A stretch of DNA of 64,000 nt from an uncultured Gammaproteobacteria bacterium (GTDB lineage Bacteria > Patescibacteriota > Patescibacteriia > Magasanikbacterales > UBA922). Under the pieces are notes generated by a model, which made no database searches, was not told where the DNA came from, and worked only from the letters and a program-made list of their open reading frames with translations. The position numbers were made by a program, and so were the translations under genes. Positions 1-9,602 of the stretch are shown here, one piece after another; position 1 is the first letter of the stretch; every line of letters starts with the position of its first letter. Where the stretch lies: assembly GCA_964447765.1 (NCBI GenBank), contig CAYUTO010000001.1, forward strand, positions 205,870 through 269,869, read 5' to 3'.

Positions 1-336
1 ATCAACCCGAAGATTCTTTTCCTTGAGCGTTCGGATGAGTGCGTAATCTGGGTCTTTGACCCCCAGTGATATTGAAATAAAAATGTCCTGATTTTTTCCA
101 ATCCATTCCACAATTTCTTCGTAGGTATAAAAACGGTGCAAAATATAAAAATGATTATTCTCTGCCATCCAGCGAGCAAGCGCGAAGTCTATCGTGCATT
201 TCATATTTGCAGGCATAACCGGTGTTCGCCAGGTACGACCTGCACTTTGTACACTTGTATCACATTCTGAGCGTGAATTTACTACACACAATTTTGGCAC
301 GAGCCAAATAGCCGAGTAGTCGAGTGCTCTATTCAT
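1..336 (-). CDS. guaC: GMP reductase (GuaC, IMPDH/GMPR family), N-terminal 112 aa only; the 3' end lies beyond the window start
   Basis: Minus-strand translation from the ATG at 336 reads MNRALDYSAIWLVPKLCVVNSRSECDTSV...VMPANMKCTIDF...HFYILHRF. This is colinear with the type 2 GMP reductase N-terminus, which has IVNSRSECDT and PANM motifs. The reading frame stays open to position 1. Confidence 0.7.
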   Translation of the reverse strand, partial: MNRALDYSAIWLVPKLCVVNSRSECDTSVQSAGRTWRTPVMPANMKCTIDFALARWMAENNHFYILHRFYTYEEIVEWIGKNQDIFISISLGVKDPDYALIRTLKEKNLRVD

Positions 337-403
337 AGACAAGCTTAAAAATAAATGAATTAATTAATTTTGTTCGCGTAAAAAAAGGGTTATGTTTAAC
401 CCT

Positions 404-2305
404 TTATTCTACGATTGCTTTGATGCGGCGAACCCCGGCACTTACCGCTTCTTCTTTTGTAATTTTGAATTTTCCAATACTTCCCGTGTGTTCTACGTGT
501 GGACCTCCACAGAGTTCGCGGCTGAATGTCGGCGCATTCGGGTCGGCCACCGGAACCTCTTTTGGATCGCCCACACTATACACTTTCACCATGTCTTCAT
601 ACTTATCACCAAAAAGTCCCATTGCCCCGCGTTTTTTTGCTTCATCAAGCGGAAGTATTTCAAAACTCACTGGATAATCACGGGTGATAGCTGCATTCAC
701 CAAATTTTCCACTTCTACAATTTGTTCTGGTGTCATTTTTTCTCCATGCGCAAAATCAAATCGCAATCGTTCGGGCGTAATATTACTTCCCTTTTGTACT
801 GCGTGAGGACCTAATACTTTCTGAACAGCTGCATGCAGCAAGTGTGTGGCAGTATGATATTTCAAACTCATTTCACTGTGATCTGCAAGTCCGCCTTTGA
901 ATTTTTGCTCTGAACCCGCTCGTGACAAATCCTGATGTTTCTTGAATTCTTCATTATATTCTTCGCTATTGATTTCACTTCCCGAAATTTGTTTTGCAAT
1001 CTCAATCGTAAGTTCTTTTGGAAAACCAAAATTCTGGTAGAGATCAAAGGCATCTTTACCGGTGACTGTTTTTTTAGTCTGTAATATTTTTTCAAGCTCT
1101 TTCGTTCCTTTTTGCAAAGTCGCACTAAATTTTACCTCTTCTTTTTCAATTTCTGCTAATATTTTTTCTTTCTTTACAACTAAATCAGGATATGCATCGC
1201 TATACATGCCGATAATAGACTCAGCAATATTTGTAGCAAAAGCCGTCGTAATATCTAGATTTCTCGCATAGCGAATACTGCGACGAATGAGGCGTCTCGT
1301 AAAATATCCCTGATCCTTGTTGCTTGGCACTACTCCATCTGCAACTAGGAATGTAGCTGCACGCAAGTGATCGAGAATTACTCGAAATGCATACGTAATC
1401 TCCACACTCTCTTCATATTTTTTTCCAGACACTTCCTCGAGTTTGTTTCGGACATTATTAAACAAATCAATTTTAAATACGTCTGGATTATTATTTAGAG
1501 CTGCAGCAATTCGCTCAAGTCCTCCACCAAAATCTACATTCTGCTGCTTTAATTTTTCAAATCCATTTTCCGTCTTCTGGTATTCCATGAATACATTATT
1601 TCCAATTTCCATGAATCTTCCGCAATCACAATTCACATGACATGGTTCGCTCTTCCATAGTGAATTCTCATGCAACCCGAGCTCAATACCGAAATCCCAG
1701 AACATCTCAGTATCTGGACCTCCTGGTTCGCCTACAGGCATATTCCCTGGCACACCACTGCGACTCCACCAATTTTTCTTTTCAGAATAATAAAAAATAC
1801 GCTCACCCACCTGTATCCCCTCTGTTTCAGGATTTTCTCCAATAAGAGCTTCAATTCCTCTGTCTGCAAAAAGCTTTTGCCACAATTGAGCAGCTTCAGT
1901 ATCGCGCGGAATCCCAAGCTCTTCATTTCCTTTGAAACAAGTGAAATAGAGTCTCTGCGGATCAAGTCCAATTTCTTTGGTAAGAAACTCCCACATCCAC
2001 GGGATTTGCTCTTGTTTGAAGTAGTCTCCGAGTGACCAATTACCTAGCATCTCAAAGAATGTGGTATGACGATTGTCGCCCACTTCCTCAATATCCTGTG
2101 AACGGAAACATTTTTGTGAATCCACGATTCTTGTTCCACTCGGATGTTTTTGTCCAAGTAGATACGGAACCATAGGCTGCATTCCTGAGCCTGTAAACAA
2201 GGTCGTTGGATCATTCTCAGGAAGAAGTGAAGAAGATGGGATGATCGCATGACCCTTACTCGCAAAAAAGTCTAAATATTTTTTTCGTAAATCTGTTGTA
2301 CGCAT
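404..2305 (-). CDS. alaS: Alanyl-tRNA synthetase, short form lacking the C-terminal C-Ala domain
   Basis: The N-terminal catalytic motifs FTGSGMQP and RHTTFFEMLGNWSLGDYFK are present. The editing-domain HxxxH motif (HTATHLLHAAV) and the GGPHV segment near the C-terminus are also present. The protein is 633 aa versus about 870 aa for full-length AlaRS. Confidence 0.9.
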   Translation of the reverse strand: MRTTDLRKKYLDFFASKGHAIIPSSSLLPENDPTTLFTGSGMQPMVPYLLGQKHPSGTRIVDSQKCFRSQDIEEVGDNRHTTFFEMLGNWSLGDYFKQEQIPWMWEFLTKEIGLDPQRLYFTCFKGNEELGIPRDTEAAQLWQKLFADRGIEALIGENPETEGIQVGERIFYYSEKKNWWSRSGVPGNMPVGEPGGPDTEMFWDFGIELGLHENSLWKSEPCHVNCDCGRFMEIGNNVFMEYQKTENGFEKLKQQNVDFGGGLERIAAALNNNPDVFKIDLFNNVRNKLEEVSGKKYEESVEITYAFRVILDHLRAATFLVADGVVPSNKDQGYFTRRLIRRSIRYARNLDITTAFATNIAESIIGMYSDAYPDLVVKKEKILAEIEKEEVKFSATLQKGTKELEKILQTKKTVTGKDAFDLYQNFGFPKELTIEIAKQISGSEINSEEYNEEFKKHQDLSRAGSEQKFKGGLADHSEMSLKYHTATHLLHAAVQKVLGPHAVQKGSNITPERLRFDFAHGEKMTPEQIVEVENLVNAAITRDYPVSFEILPLDEAKKRGAMGLFGDKYEDMVKVYSVGDPKEVPVADPNAPTFSRELCGGPHVEHTGSIGKFKITKEEAVSAGVRRIKAIVE

Positions 2306-2506
2306 ACCTGTGCAATCGTACCGTAAATTCTGGTTTAGCGCAAGTATTTGAGGGCAACAAATAAAATGATGCCGACGAGGATAATGTATGGCCAGGTAGC
2401 GATGAGAAAACTGGTCATAGTAATAGTTTCTTGTCCCATACTTTTACTTTGGTTAGCGAGTTGAAGTATTAAAATCAAATTCGATTAAAATTATAGCATA
2501 AAACGC

Positions 2507-2535
2507 TTGACAGAGACAAAAATCTATGGTATTTT
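2507..2535 (+). promoter_or_regulatory. Sigma70-like promoter, TTGACA-N17-(TGg)TATTTT, upstream of the GC-rich two-gene cassette
   Basis: TTGACA lies at 2507-2512. After a 17 nt spacer there is an extended -10 element, TGgTATTTT, ending at 2535. Confidence 0.35.
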
Positions 2536-2597
2536 ATTTTGTCAGATTTAACAGTCTGGACAGTAGTTCTTCTTACAACCCACACAGGAGCCTAGCC

Positions 2598-2873
2598 ATG
2601 GAGCGAATGCTTCAATATCTTACCTCGATTGCTGTTAAAGCAGAGGTTCGGTCTGAGTGCAAAAAGCATGGGAAGTCGACGTGGTATGAGCTCATTACCT
2701 ACCTGATCCAGGACGTACAGTTCTCGGATCGGAAGGTGAAGCTGCACTTCGCGTTCTTCCTCATCATGTCTGATCCGGGAGGGGAAAAACAGATCCAAGA
2801 GTTAGCACAACTGATCCGTACTCATCGACCTATTCTTGCAATCCGCATGGGCCTCGTACACCTCGTACGCTGA
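2598..2873 (+). CDS. Hypothetical protein (91 aa) in a GC-rich, plus-strand island
   Basis: An ORF with an AGGAG ribosome-binding site 9 nt upstream of the ATG at 2598. GC content is about 50% against about 40% in the flanking genes. The track ORF from 2526 would begin inside the promoter, so the later start is preferred. No family was recognised. Confidence 0.4.
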   Translation: MERMLQYLTSIAVKAEVRSECKKHGKSTWYELITYLIQDVQFSDRKVKLHFAFFLIMSDPGGEKQIQELAQLIRTHRPILAIRMGLVHLVR

Positions 2874-2895
2874 CCTCTTCGCAAAGGAATGAACA

Positions 2896-3351
2896 ATGAT
2901 CTCTCGTAAAGGAGCCCAGCTCCTCAACCGCCTCATCCGATGGTCCAAGACGGAGCTCATTAGCAGACCGTCGTATCACCTGTGCAAAGAAGTGATAGAG
3001 AGGACAGAGACCTTCAGTGATCAAATCGCTGACAGGGTCTACACCCTCTTCACGCTCTTCTTTCCTCACACGCAAGATCAGCTGGACGACCTGGACGCCC
3101 TCCTCTCGGAGCACCGACTGGATCTCGCGCTCGAACTACGGACCAGAAGGCGCGACTTCAACACTCTGGTCAACATGATCAAAGACCTCGAGATCGAGGA
3201 TCTTGCAGTGACGAAGGCTTTTCTGAAGTTCACGGATGAGGACACTGTCCGCATCTTCTCGCTCTTACTCTTCCGGATGATCGAAAAAAAGCGTCCAGAG
3301 CTCACAGAGCTTATCACAGATAGGCTGACCCCTGAGTTCAGACTCCTGTAG
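2896..3351 (+). CDS. Hypothetical protein (151 aa), second gene of the GC-rich cassette
   Basis: An ORF with an AAGGAA ribosome-binding site before the ATG, co-directional with and 22 nt after the previous gene. It is GC-rich. No family was recognised. Confidence 0.45.
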   Translation: MISRKGAQLLNRLIRWSKTELISRPSYHLCKEVIERTETFSDQIADRVYTLFTLFFPHTQDQLDDLDALLSEHRLDLALELRTRRRDFNTLVNMIKDLEIEDLAVTKAFLKFTDEDTVRIFSLLLFRMIEKKRPELTELITDRLTPEFRLL

Positions 3352-3437
3352 CCCGTCGTCCCGTGTTTGTTCCGTCCCTCTGGACGATGCGACGAACACG
3401 GGCGGCACAAACACATTCACCAATATATGGTGTTTTT

Positions 3438-4523
3438 TTATTTTATAACCCCGCCACCGAGACATTCACCCTTTTTATACAGCACAGCAAATTGTCCTGA
3501 CGTAATGGCTCGCTGGGGATTGGTACAGGTAATCGTAATAGTATGAGGATCAGAAACATGAACACTACATTTCTCTAATTTTTGTCGGTGACGAAAACGC
3601 ACCGTGCAATCAAATGACGAACTTTCGGGTTTACCTGAAATCCAGTGCATGCGTTCTACTTTTATTTCTGTACTAAAAAGTAGTGGATCATTTTCCGGCC
3701 CAACAATTAATTCATTTTTTTTACTATCTTTACCAACTACATACAACGGTCGTTCTCCCCCAGCTTGAGCAAATCCATGACGCTGTCCAATCGTATAAAA
3801 TGGAAGTCCGACGTGTTCACCAAGTATTTCTCCATTATGTTTTCGTACTTTTCCTTTTCTCCCTTTGATACGTTTACTCAAAAATTCTTTCATCGACACT
3901 TCACCAATAAAACAAATCCCCATACTTTCTTCTTTTTGAGCTGTCGGTAAATCAAACTTTTCAGCTAATTTTCGCACTTCGGTTTTTGTGTATTTTCCAA
4001 TTGGAAACATCGCATGAGATAGCTGTGCTTGGTTTAATTGATGCAAGAAATACGTCTGGTCTTTGTCTGTATCAACAGATTCACGCAATTGATATATATT
4101 CCCTTTTTTCTTCACCTCAGCATAATGTCCGGTCGCGAGAATATCAAACCCTTTTTTCTTTATAACTTCAAGCCATACACCATATTTGATCAGACTGTTG
4201 CACAATATATCTGGATTTGGAGTCATCCCTGCTTCATATTCTCGATAGACGTATTCCAATACTTTTTCTTTATATTCTTTTCTAAAGTCTAGTTTTATCA
4301 ACGGGATATCGAGTCGTGCTGCAACCCGAAGTGCATCACGGTATTCTGGAATCCAGCATGATTCACCATCAGTGGTAATAGCCTCGTCTGTAGTATCATA
4401 ATTAATCATGAATGCACCAGTCACCTCATATCCTGCTCTAACCAAAAGAGCGGCAGCGACTGATGAGTCAACACCGCCAGACATTGCAATGAGGATTTTC
4501 TGTTTTTTATTTTTAAAAATCAT
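3438..4523 (-). CDS. mnmA: tRNA-specific 2-thiouridylase MnmA
   Basis: The PP-loop motif IAMSGGVDSSVAA is at the N-terminus. Overall length (361 aa) and the conserved C-terminal region match the MnmA family. Confidence 0.9.
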   Translation of the reverse strand: MIFKNKKQKILIAMSGGVDSSVAAALLVRAGYEVTGAFMINYDTTDEAITTDGESCWIPEYRDALRVAARLDIPLIKLDFRKEYKEKVLEYVYREYEAGMTPNPDILCNSLIKYGVWLEVIKKKGFDILATGHYAEVKKKGNIYQLRESVDTDKDQTYFLHQLNQAQLSHAMFPIGKYTKTEVRKLAEKFDLPTAQKEESMGICFIGEVSMKEFLSKRIKGRKGKVRKHNGEILGEHVGLPFYTIGQRHGFAQAGGERPLYVVGKDSKKNELIVGPENDPLLFSTEIKVERMHWISGKPESSSFDCTVRFRHRQKLEKCSVHVSDPHTITITCTNPQRAITSGQFAVLYKKGECLGGGVIK

Positions 4524-4561
4524 AGCGGCGCTATGCTACCAGATCTATACATCAAAATCAA

Positions 4562-4646
4562 TAGAACACAGATCACCAGGATCTCCAGGATTAACCAAGA
4601 TTAAATCCTGGATTATCTGGGTAATCATGGAAATCTGTGTTCTATG
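4562..4646. repeat. Structured intergenic element: 13 bp perfect inverted repeat (ATAGAACACAGAT / ATCTGTGTTCTAT) enclosing a nested hairpin
   Basis: Arms at 4562-4574 and 4634-4646. The interior contains TCCAGGATTAA...TTAAATCCTGGA stems. The arm core AATAGAACAC-GAT resembles the TIR family found at 12.3 kb and 50.3/50.7 kb. Confidence 0.4.
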
Positions 4647-4666
4647 AACTTTACTTAAAAAATCTA

Positions 4667-5122
4667 CTACTTACTTTTCTTAGTTAATCCTGTCTCGTCA
4701 AATGTATACGTCCGGTCAAATTCGAATCCTGCGTATGTCGAAGTACCAATCAGAATTACCACTGTCGCATAAAACTTCCAGTCAGCATATAAGGTTCCAA
4801 GCATTTTTATTCCTTCTCCTCCTGGCATACTTACTAACACGAGTATCATATCAAGCACACACGAGATAACCAGCGCTAAAATTCCCAGTAATAACCCTCT
4901 TCGAGTGGAAGGCTGGAATTTTCTAAAGTACCATTTCGCGCATATCAATATTGCAGGAATTAAGGTGAGCAGATACACTACACACTGTAATACAGGAATG
5001 TCATTTGGAGCAGTATCGAGACTGGTGCCAAAAACTACGGACATTAGTGCAAATAGAATAAAGCTTGCAAGATAAAACAATACGGAAAAACTGAGGGCAC
5101 GTTTGAAATGTAAGTCTTTCAT
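4667..5122 (-). CDS. Hypothetical integral membrane protein
   Basis: The ORF has several hydrophobic segments. The internal start MKDLHF at 5122 was chosen so that it does not overlap the upstream gene. Confidence 0.5.
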   Translation of the reverse strand: MKDLHFKRALSFSVLFYLASFILFALMSVVFGTSLDTAPNDIPVLQCVVYLLTLIPAILICAKWYFRKFQPSTRRGLLLGILALVISCVLDMILVLVSMPGGEGIKMLGTLYADWKFYATVVILIGTSTYAGFEFDRTYTFDETGLTKKSK

Positions 5123-5135
5123 AGGATTATGATTA

Positions 5136-7201
5136 TTATACAAGATCATCAAAACTAATTTCCTCATTCTCATTTATTTTCTTGGGCTTTGGTTCTTCTA
5201 CTTGCTTTGCTTGTTGCGGGGGTGTTGGAGGTATTACAGGTTTAAGAGTTGGTGAAACAATCATACCTTCTACTGCAGGAAGTGGTGCGTGTAATTCAGT
5301 ACGAACTTGTTCCCGCTGTTGAGGTACTGGCTGATTATTCTCCCTCTGTATCATGGGCTGATTTCCACTCATCGGATTTCCACCGATTGGATTTCCTTCC
5401 GCATCCCTATTCCCTCTTTTTCTTCTTCGTCTTCGTTTTTTTCCTGTACCCGGTTCACCTTGAATTTGAGTTGGATTTTGAGGTTGAGATTGAGATTGAA
5501 GTTGAGGTTGCACTTGAGATTGTCCTTGTTGTACCGGAAGAGGTCGTGGTGGGCGATTTTCAAACACACTCACCGGAGGAGCAGGTGTTTGTGGCTTATC
5601 ACGACGAGTATCAGTACGGGGAGTAAGACTCGTAAGTGATATTACCACTTCTTTTACTTCCTCAGTTTTTTTCTCTCTTGGTGCTTCCTTTTTTTCCTGA
5701 TTCTGCCTACGATCATCAGGTCTTTTATCGTCCCTTCGTGGTTGAGGTCGAGATTGGGGTTGAGACTGAGGTTGGGGTTGGGGTTTTGGTAATTGAACAA
5801 CAGGTTGTGCTGAAGGTAATTTTTTTAATTCTTTATTTTCTGGCAATAATACCATATCACTATCGACTCCCGCATCCTCCTCGTCTGTTGCAGAACTACT
5901 CCAACGTGCAATTTTTTCTTCCACCAATCCACGCTTCCTACCATATCGTTCACGCGATACGCGAATTACTTTTTCTGCTGAGTCTGTAGGACTCGCAAGC
6001 GGAGGAAGGGTTGCTGCGCTAAATGGCTGTGATGCCACCCCATCAATCATGAGCTTCAAAATAATCTGATATTTAGTGAGGTTTACAATATCTTCTTCGG
6101 TAAATGTAGGGGTAAATTCTTTTACGAGCATTTCAGCATCAGCACCTCCCACACGGAAGGTCACAATCGTCCCCACGTTACCAAATACAGCGTCAGCCAC
6201 CACTTCATCGAGCTGTGCCACATATTGGTGCGCCATGATGAGGCTCAGGCGATATTTACGCGCTTCAGATAAGATATTTGCAAAAGACGGAGTTGCAAAG
6301 TTTTGAAACTCATCTACATAGAGAAAAAAATCTTTTCGATCAGGCTCCGGCGTATCTACCCGCTCCATTGCAGCGAGCTGCAGTTTGGTAATAAGCATTC
6401 CCCCGAGCAGACGACTGTTGTCTTCGCCAATTCGACCCTTTGACAAGTTCATGATAAAAATTTTCTGTGAATCCATGAGCTCACGAACATTGATCGTAGA
6501 CTTCACCTGTGCGACCATGTTTCTAATGACTGAGGCAGACAAAAACTGACCGATTTTATTCTGAATCGGAGCCACCGCTTCTTTTGCATAGCGATCATCA
6601 TAATTTGCAAATTCATCACGCCAAAACGCTTTGATCACCGGATCTTTCAAATTTCTTACGACACGTTTGCGATATTCCTTGTCAGACAAAAGACGATTGA
6701 CTCCCAATAATGTTGATCCTGGATAATCAAGCAATGCTAGTAACGTATTATTTAAAATATATTCCATTCTCGAACTCCACACATCTGGCCAGATTTTTTT
6801 AAATGTTCCCATGAGCCCTCCGGCAATCAGATGCGCCTGTTCTTCATTTTTTACTTCAAGAATATTGAAACCAATCGGATTATCTGTGTCTGCCGGATTG
6901 AGGTATACCACATCGTTCAAACGCCATGATGGAATATGATTGATAATTTTCTCAGCAAAATCTCCGTGAGGATCAACTAGCCCTACGCCATGTCCTGCAT
7001 AGATGTCTGACAAGACCATATTCTCCATGATCGTAGTCTTACCCATTCCTGTTTTTCCAATCACATACATGTGACGACGACGATCATCCACTTTGATACC
7101 AAAACGACGCATTTGATTGCGGTAATTGGTTTGACCAAACAAACAGATTTCTTCATCTTTTTTTGGAGCCGTTCCTGGAGCTCTTAGCTGTGGAGTTGGC
7201 A
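5136..7201 (-). CDS. TraG/TraD/VirD4-like (type IV coupling protein family) P-loop ATPase with a long Pro/Gln-rich disordered C-terminal tail
   Basis: Walker A motif GKTGMGKT and Walker B motif LYVDEFQNF are present. A TraM-recognition-type region (MAHQYVAQLDE...GNVGTIVTFR) follows. The C-terminal 250 aa is low complexity, with PQPQPQSQPQSRPQP, a KKRRRRRKRG stretch and QSQVQPQLQSQSQPQ. The start MPTPQ was chosen at 7201. Confidence 0.7.
5451..5530. repeat. Tandem hexamer-like repeats (GTTGAG/GATTGA)n in the coding region of the P/Q-rich tail. A second block lies at 5740-5790
   Basis: The sequence ttgaggttgagattgagattgaagttgaggttg and similar runs are visible in the DNA. They encode the PQ/SQ repeats. 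Confidence 0.6.
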
Positions 7202-7259
7202 TGAGACGAACTCGTTTAAAACTAATACGTACAGTATAGCACAAAGTTTATTGCAGGAG

Positions 7260-8333
7260 CTATTCACACACTCGATTACATACTTCAAGAATATCACCTG
7301 ACTCCGCAGTCTTTAAGGTATGATTCATGGAAACTGCGAGAGATTTAGCATACTCAGGATTCCCGAGTATTTCTCTAATTTTTTTGGCAAGAAATAGTCC
7401 ATCAGCAGTAAGTTCGTTTATGAGAACAGCCGCACCAGCACGCTCAAGAAATCGTACGTTTTCCACCTGATGACCTGGTTTTGGAATGATAATACATGGT
7501 TTACCAAGTGCTGCAGCCTCGGTAAGCGTACCAAACCCCCCTCGACATACAATAATGTCAGCTACTGCATACGCATCTTTCATCTCACGCCCCAGAAATT
7601 GAAATACTCGATAATTAGGAAATAGTTCAGCTGTTTTTACCACTGATTCTTGTGGGCGTTCTTTTCCAGATAAATGAATAACTTCTGCATGACCCCCGAG
7701 ATGTGGAATAGCTTCGGTAATCAATTGATTCACTTTGAGAGACCCTGTCCCCCCTCCAAGAACTAACACTACAGGTAGACGCGAAGTAAGACCAAACATT
7801 TTCCGTGCACGAGTCTTGTTTCCTTCAAAAATTTCTGTGCGCACTGGACTTCCCAGCCATACCGTTTTTTTTCTTGAAAACTCTTTGGTGATTCGCTCAA
7901 GTGAGGTGGTAACTATTTTTGCAAATGGTGCCATGATTTTGTTTGCAAGCCCTACTGCCACATCTTGCTGATGTACCCACGTAGGAATGCCAAGAAGCCA
8001 AGCAGCAGTATGCACCGGAACAGATACAAATCCCCCCGCCGTCACACACATATCTGGACTTTCTTTGAGTAGAATTCTGAGTGACTGAAAAAATCCAATT
8101 ATGACGCGGATAACGTCAAACAAATTAAGAAATGAAAAATATCTGCGAAATTTACCCGCCGTGATTGAATAAAACGGAAGACCATGCTCTTCTACCATCT
8201 GTTTTTCAGGACCTCCTACCGTCCCAATCCACACAAATGACGACAAAGCATCTTTTTCACGCACCACATCTTTGATTGCAAGCAGTGGGGTGACTGGACC
8301 GAGAGTTCCACCACCAGAGAAGAGAATTTTCAT
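7260..8333 (-). CDS. murG: Undecaprenyldiphospho-muramoylpentapeptide beta-N-acetylglucosaminyltransferase MurG
   Basis: The N-terminus reads MKILFSGGGTLGPVTPLLAI, a GGTGGH-like start. The C-terminal glycosyltransferase-28 region GGFGTLTEAAALGKPCIIIP is present. Confidence 0.9.
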   Translation of the reverse strand: MKILFSGGGTLGPVTPLLAIKDVVREKDALSSFVWIGTVGGPEKQMVEEHGLPFYSITAGKFRRYFSFLNLFDVIRVIIGFFQSLRILLKESPDMCVTAGGFVSVPVHTAAWLLGIPTWVHQQDVAVGLANKIMAPFAKIVTTSLERITKEFSRKKTVWLGSPVRTEIFEGNKTRARKMFGLTSRLPVVLVLGGGTGSLKVNQLITEAIPHLGGHAEVIHLSGKERPQESVVKTAELFPNYRVFQFLGREMKDAYAVADIIVCRGGFGTLTEAAALGKPCIIIPKPGHQVENVRFLERAGAAVLINELTADGLFLAKKIREILGNPEYAKSLAVSMNHTLKTAESGDILEVCNRVCE

Positions 8334-8394
8334 AATTTCTAATTATTCTAATTGACCTAATTGTTCTAAATAAATCCCCAGTTTAAAGTTTAAA

Positions 8395-9507
8395 TTATTT
8401 TGCCTGTTTACTCACATTTACCACAATACCCATTGCGGCCATACCGATCAGAAGTGCTGTTCCACCATGACTTACAAAAGGTAATGGAACCCCCGTGAGA
8501 GGCATAATCCCAACCATTGCGCCCACATTCATAAATGTCTGAATACCGATCCAGCTCATGATCCCTAATACGAGATACCGCCCAAAATCGTCTGGAGAAC
8601 TACGTGCTATCGAAAATCCACGATAAATCAACAGTAGATAGAGAGTAAGACACCCAACCATAATCACAAACCCAAGCTCTTCTGCTGCCACCGCAAAAAT
8701 ACTATCAGCATGAACTTCGGGTAGGTACTGGAATTTCTGACGCGAATGTCCAAGACCTAAGCCTGTCCACCCCCCAGTACCAATTGCCAAAAAAGCCTGA
8801 TTGATCTGGTACCCCTGACCCTCGGGATCAAGTTCGGGATGGAGGAAGGTCATAAATCGGTTTGCACGGTAGGGAGCTGCAAAAACCATAATCCCAAATG
8901 CAACAATGCCAAGCAAAAAAACCGCTGTCAGATGACTCATCTTTGCGCGAGCAAAAAAGAGCATCAGTATAATGAGCGACCCCATAATAACCATTCCCCC
9001 TGTGTCTGGTTGCAGTGCAATAAAAACCACTGGAATCAATGCGACACCAAAAATTGAAAGAAATCCTTGAACTTCTTTGATTCTATGTCCTATCGAAGAG
9101 AGAACTGCAGCGAGATAAATAACGAGTCCTAATTTTGCAGCCTCAATTGGTTGGAATGAAAAATTACCAAGTACAATCCAGCTATGAGCAAAGGTATTAT
9201 TATCAGAACCAATACCAGGAATAAAGACGAGAATAAGTAAGAGTATGGATAATATAAAAATAGGAAGCGCATATTTTCTCCACACTTTATAATCAATATA
9301 TGAAGTAACCAAAAATGCGACCACTCCCGGTACAAAACCCAACAACAATTGCCGTTTGATAAAAAAGTATGAATCAGAAAACCGATCAATTCCAACCGCT
9401 ACTCCAGCTGAACTCAATACTAATAACCCAAACAAAATAATCGCTCCTGCATAGCCAATAAAGACGTAGTCAGCATGTCCACTGCTTGTAGCTACAGTCC
9501 GACGCAT
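8395..9507 (-). CDS. ftsW: FtsW/RodA/SpoVE family peptidoglycan polymerase, flippase-like (SEDS protein)
   Basis: A multi-pass membrane protein of 370 aa with SEDS-like conserved segments. It is adjacent to murG, the gene order seen in the dcw cluster. Confidence 0.85.
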   Translation of the reverse strand: MRRTVATSSGHADYVFIGYAGAIILFGLLVLSSAGVAVGIDRFSDSYFFIKRQLLLGFVPGVVAFLVTSYIDYKVWRKYALPIFILSILLLILVFIPGIGSDNNTFAHSWIVLGNFSFQPIEAAKLGLVIYLAAVLSSIGHRIKEVQGFLSIFGVALIPVVFIALQPDTGGMVIMGSLIILMLFFARAKMSHLTAVFLLGIVAFGIMVFAAPYRANRFMTFLHPELDPEGQGYQINQAFLAIGTGGWTGLGLGHSRQKFQYLPEVHADSIFAVAAEELGFVIMVGCLTLYLLLIYRGFSIARSSPDDFGRYLVLGIMSWIGIQTFMNVGAMVGIMPLTGVPLPFVSHGGTALLIGMAAMGIVVNVSKQAK

Positions 9508-9518
9508 AGTTCAGAATT

Positions 9519-9599
9519 AGTCAAAAGTCATAAAGTCATAAAGTCATAAAGTCATTTATATTGTACTTTCGACTTTACAAACTTTCGACTTTCTGACTT
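9519..9599. repeat. Inverted array of 8 nt AAAGTC(A/G) repeats: (AAAGTCAT)x3.5, then TTTATATTGT, then the reverse-complement units ACTTTCGACTTT x2
   Basis: Seen directly in the sequence. It lies immediately upstream of the ftsW start on the minus strand. It forms an imperfect palindrome of about 80 bp. Confidence 0.6.
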
Positions 9600-9602
9600 A
9601 TG

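Noticed and set aside
392-814. Plus-strand ORFs (140 aa and 85 aa) antisense to alaS
   Set aside because: They lie entirely inside a well-supported AlaRS coding region on the opposite strand. They have no recognisable motifs or ribosome-binding site. These are typical shadow ORFs.
2335-2440. A 34 aa hydrophobic minus-strand sORF (MGQETITMTSFLIATWPYIILVGIILFVALKYLR) upstream of alaS
   Set aside because: It is below the ORF-track threshold, with no ribosome-binding site and no conservation evidence. It may be a real small membrane peptide, but sequence alone cannot support that.
2526-2873. The longer start at 2526 for the first cassette gene
   Set aside because: That start would begin inside the predicted -10 element and lacks a ribosome-binding site. 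The ATG at 2598 has an AGGAG site at correct spacing.
9519-9560. AAAGTCAT x3.5 tandem repeat considered as a mini CRISPR or VNTR
   Set aside because: It has only 8 nt units and no spacers. It fits better as an operator or iteron-like array, and is reported as such.
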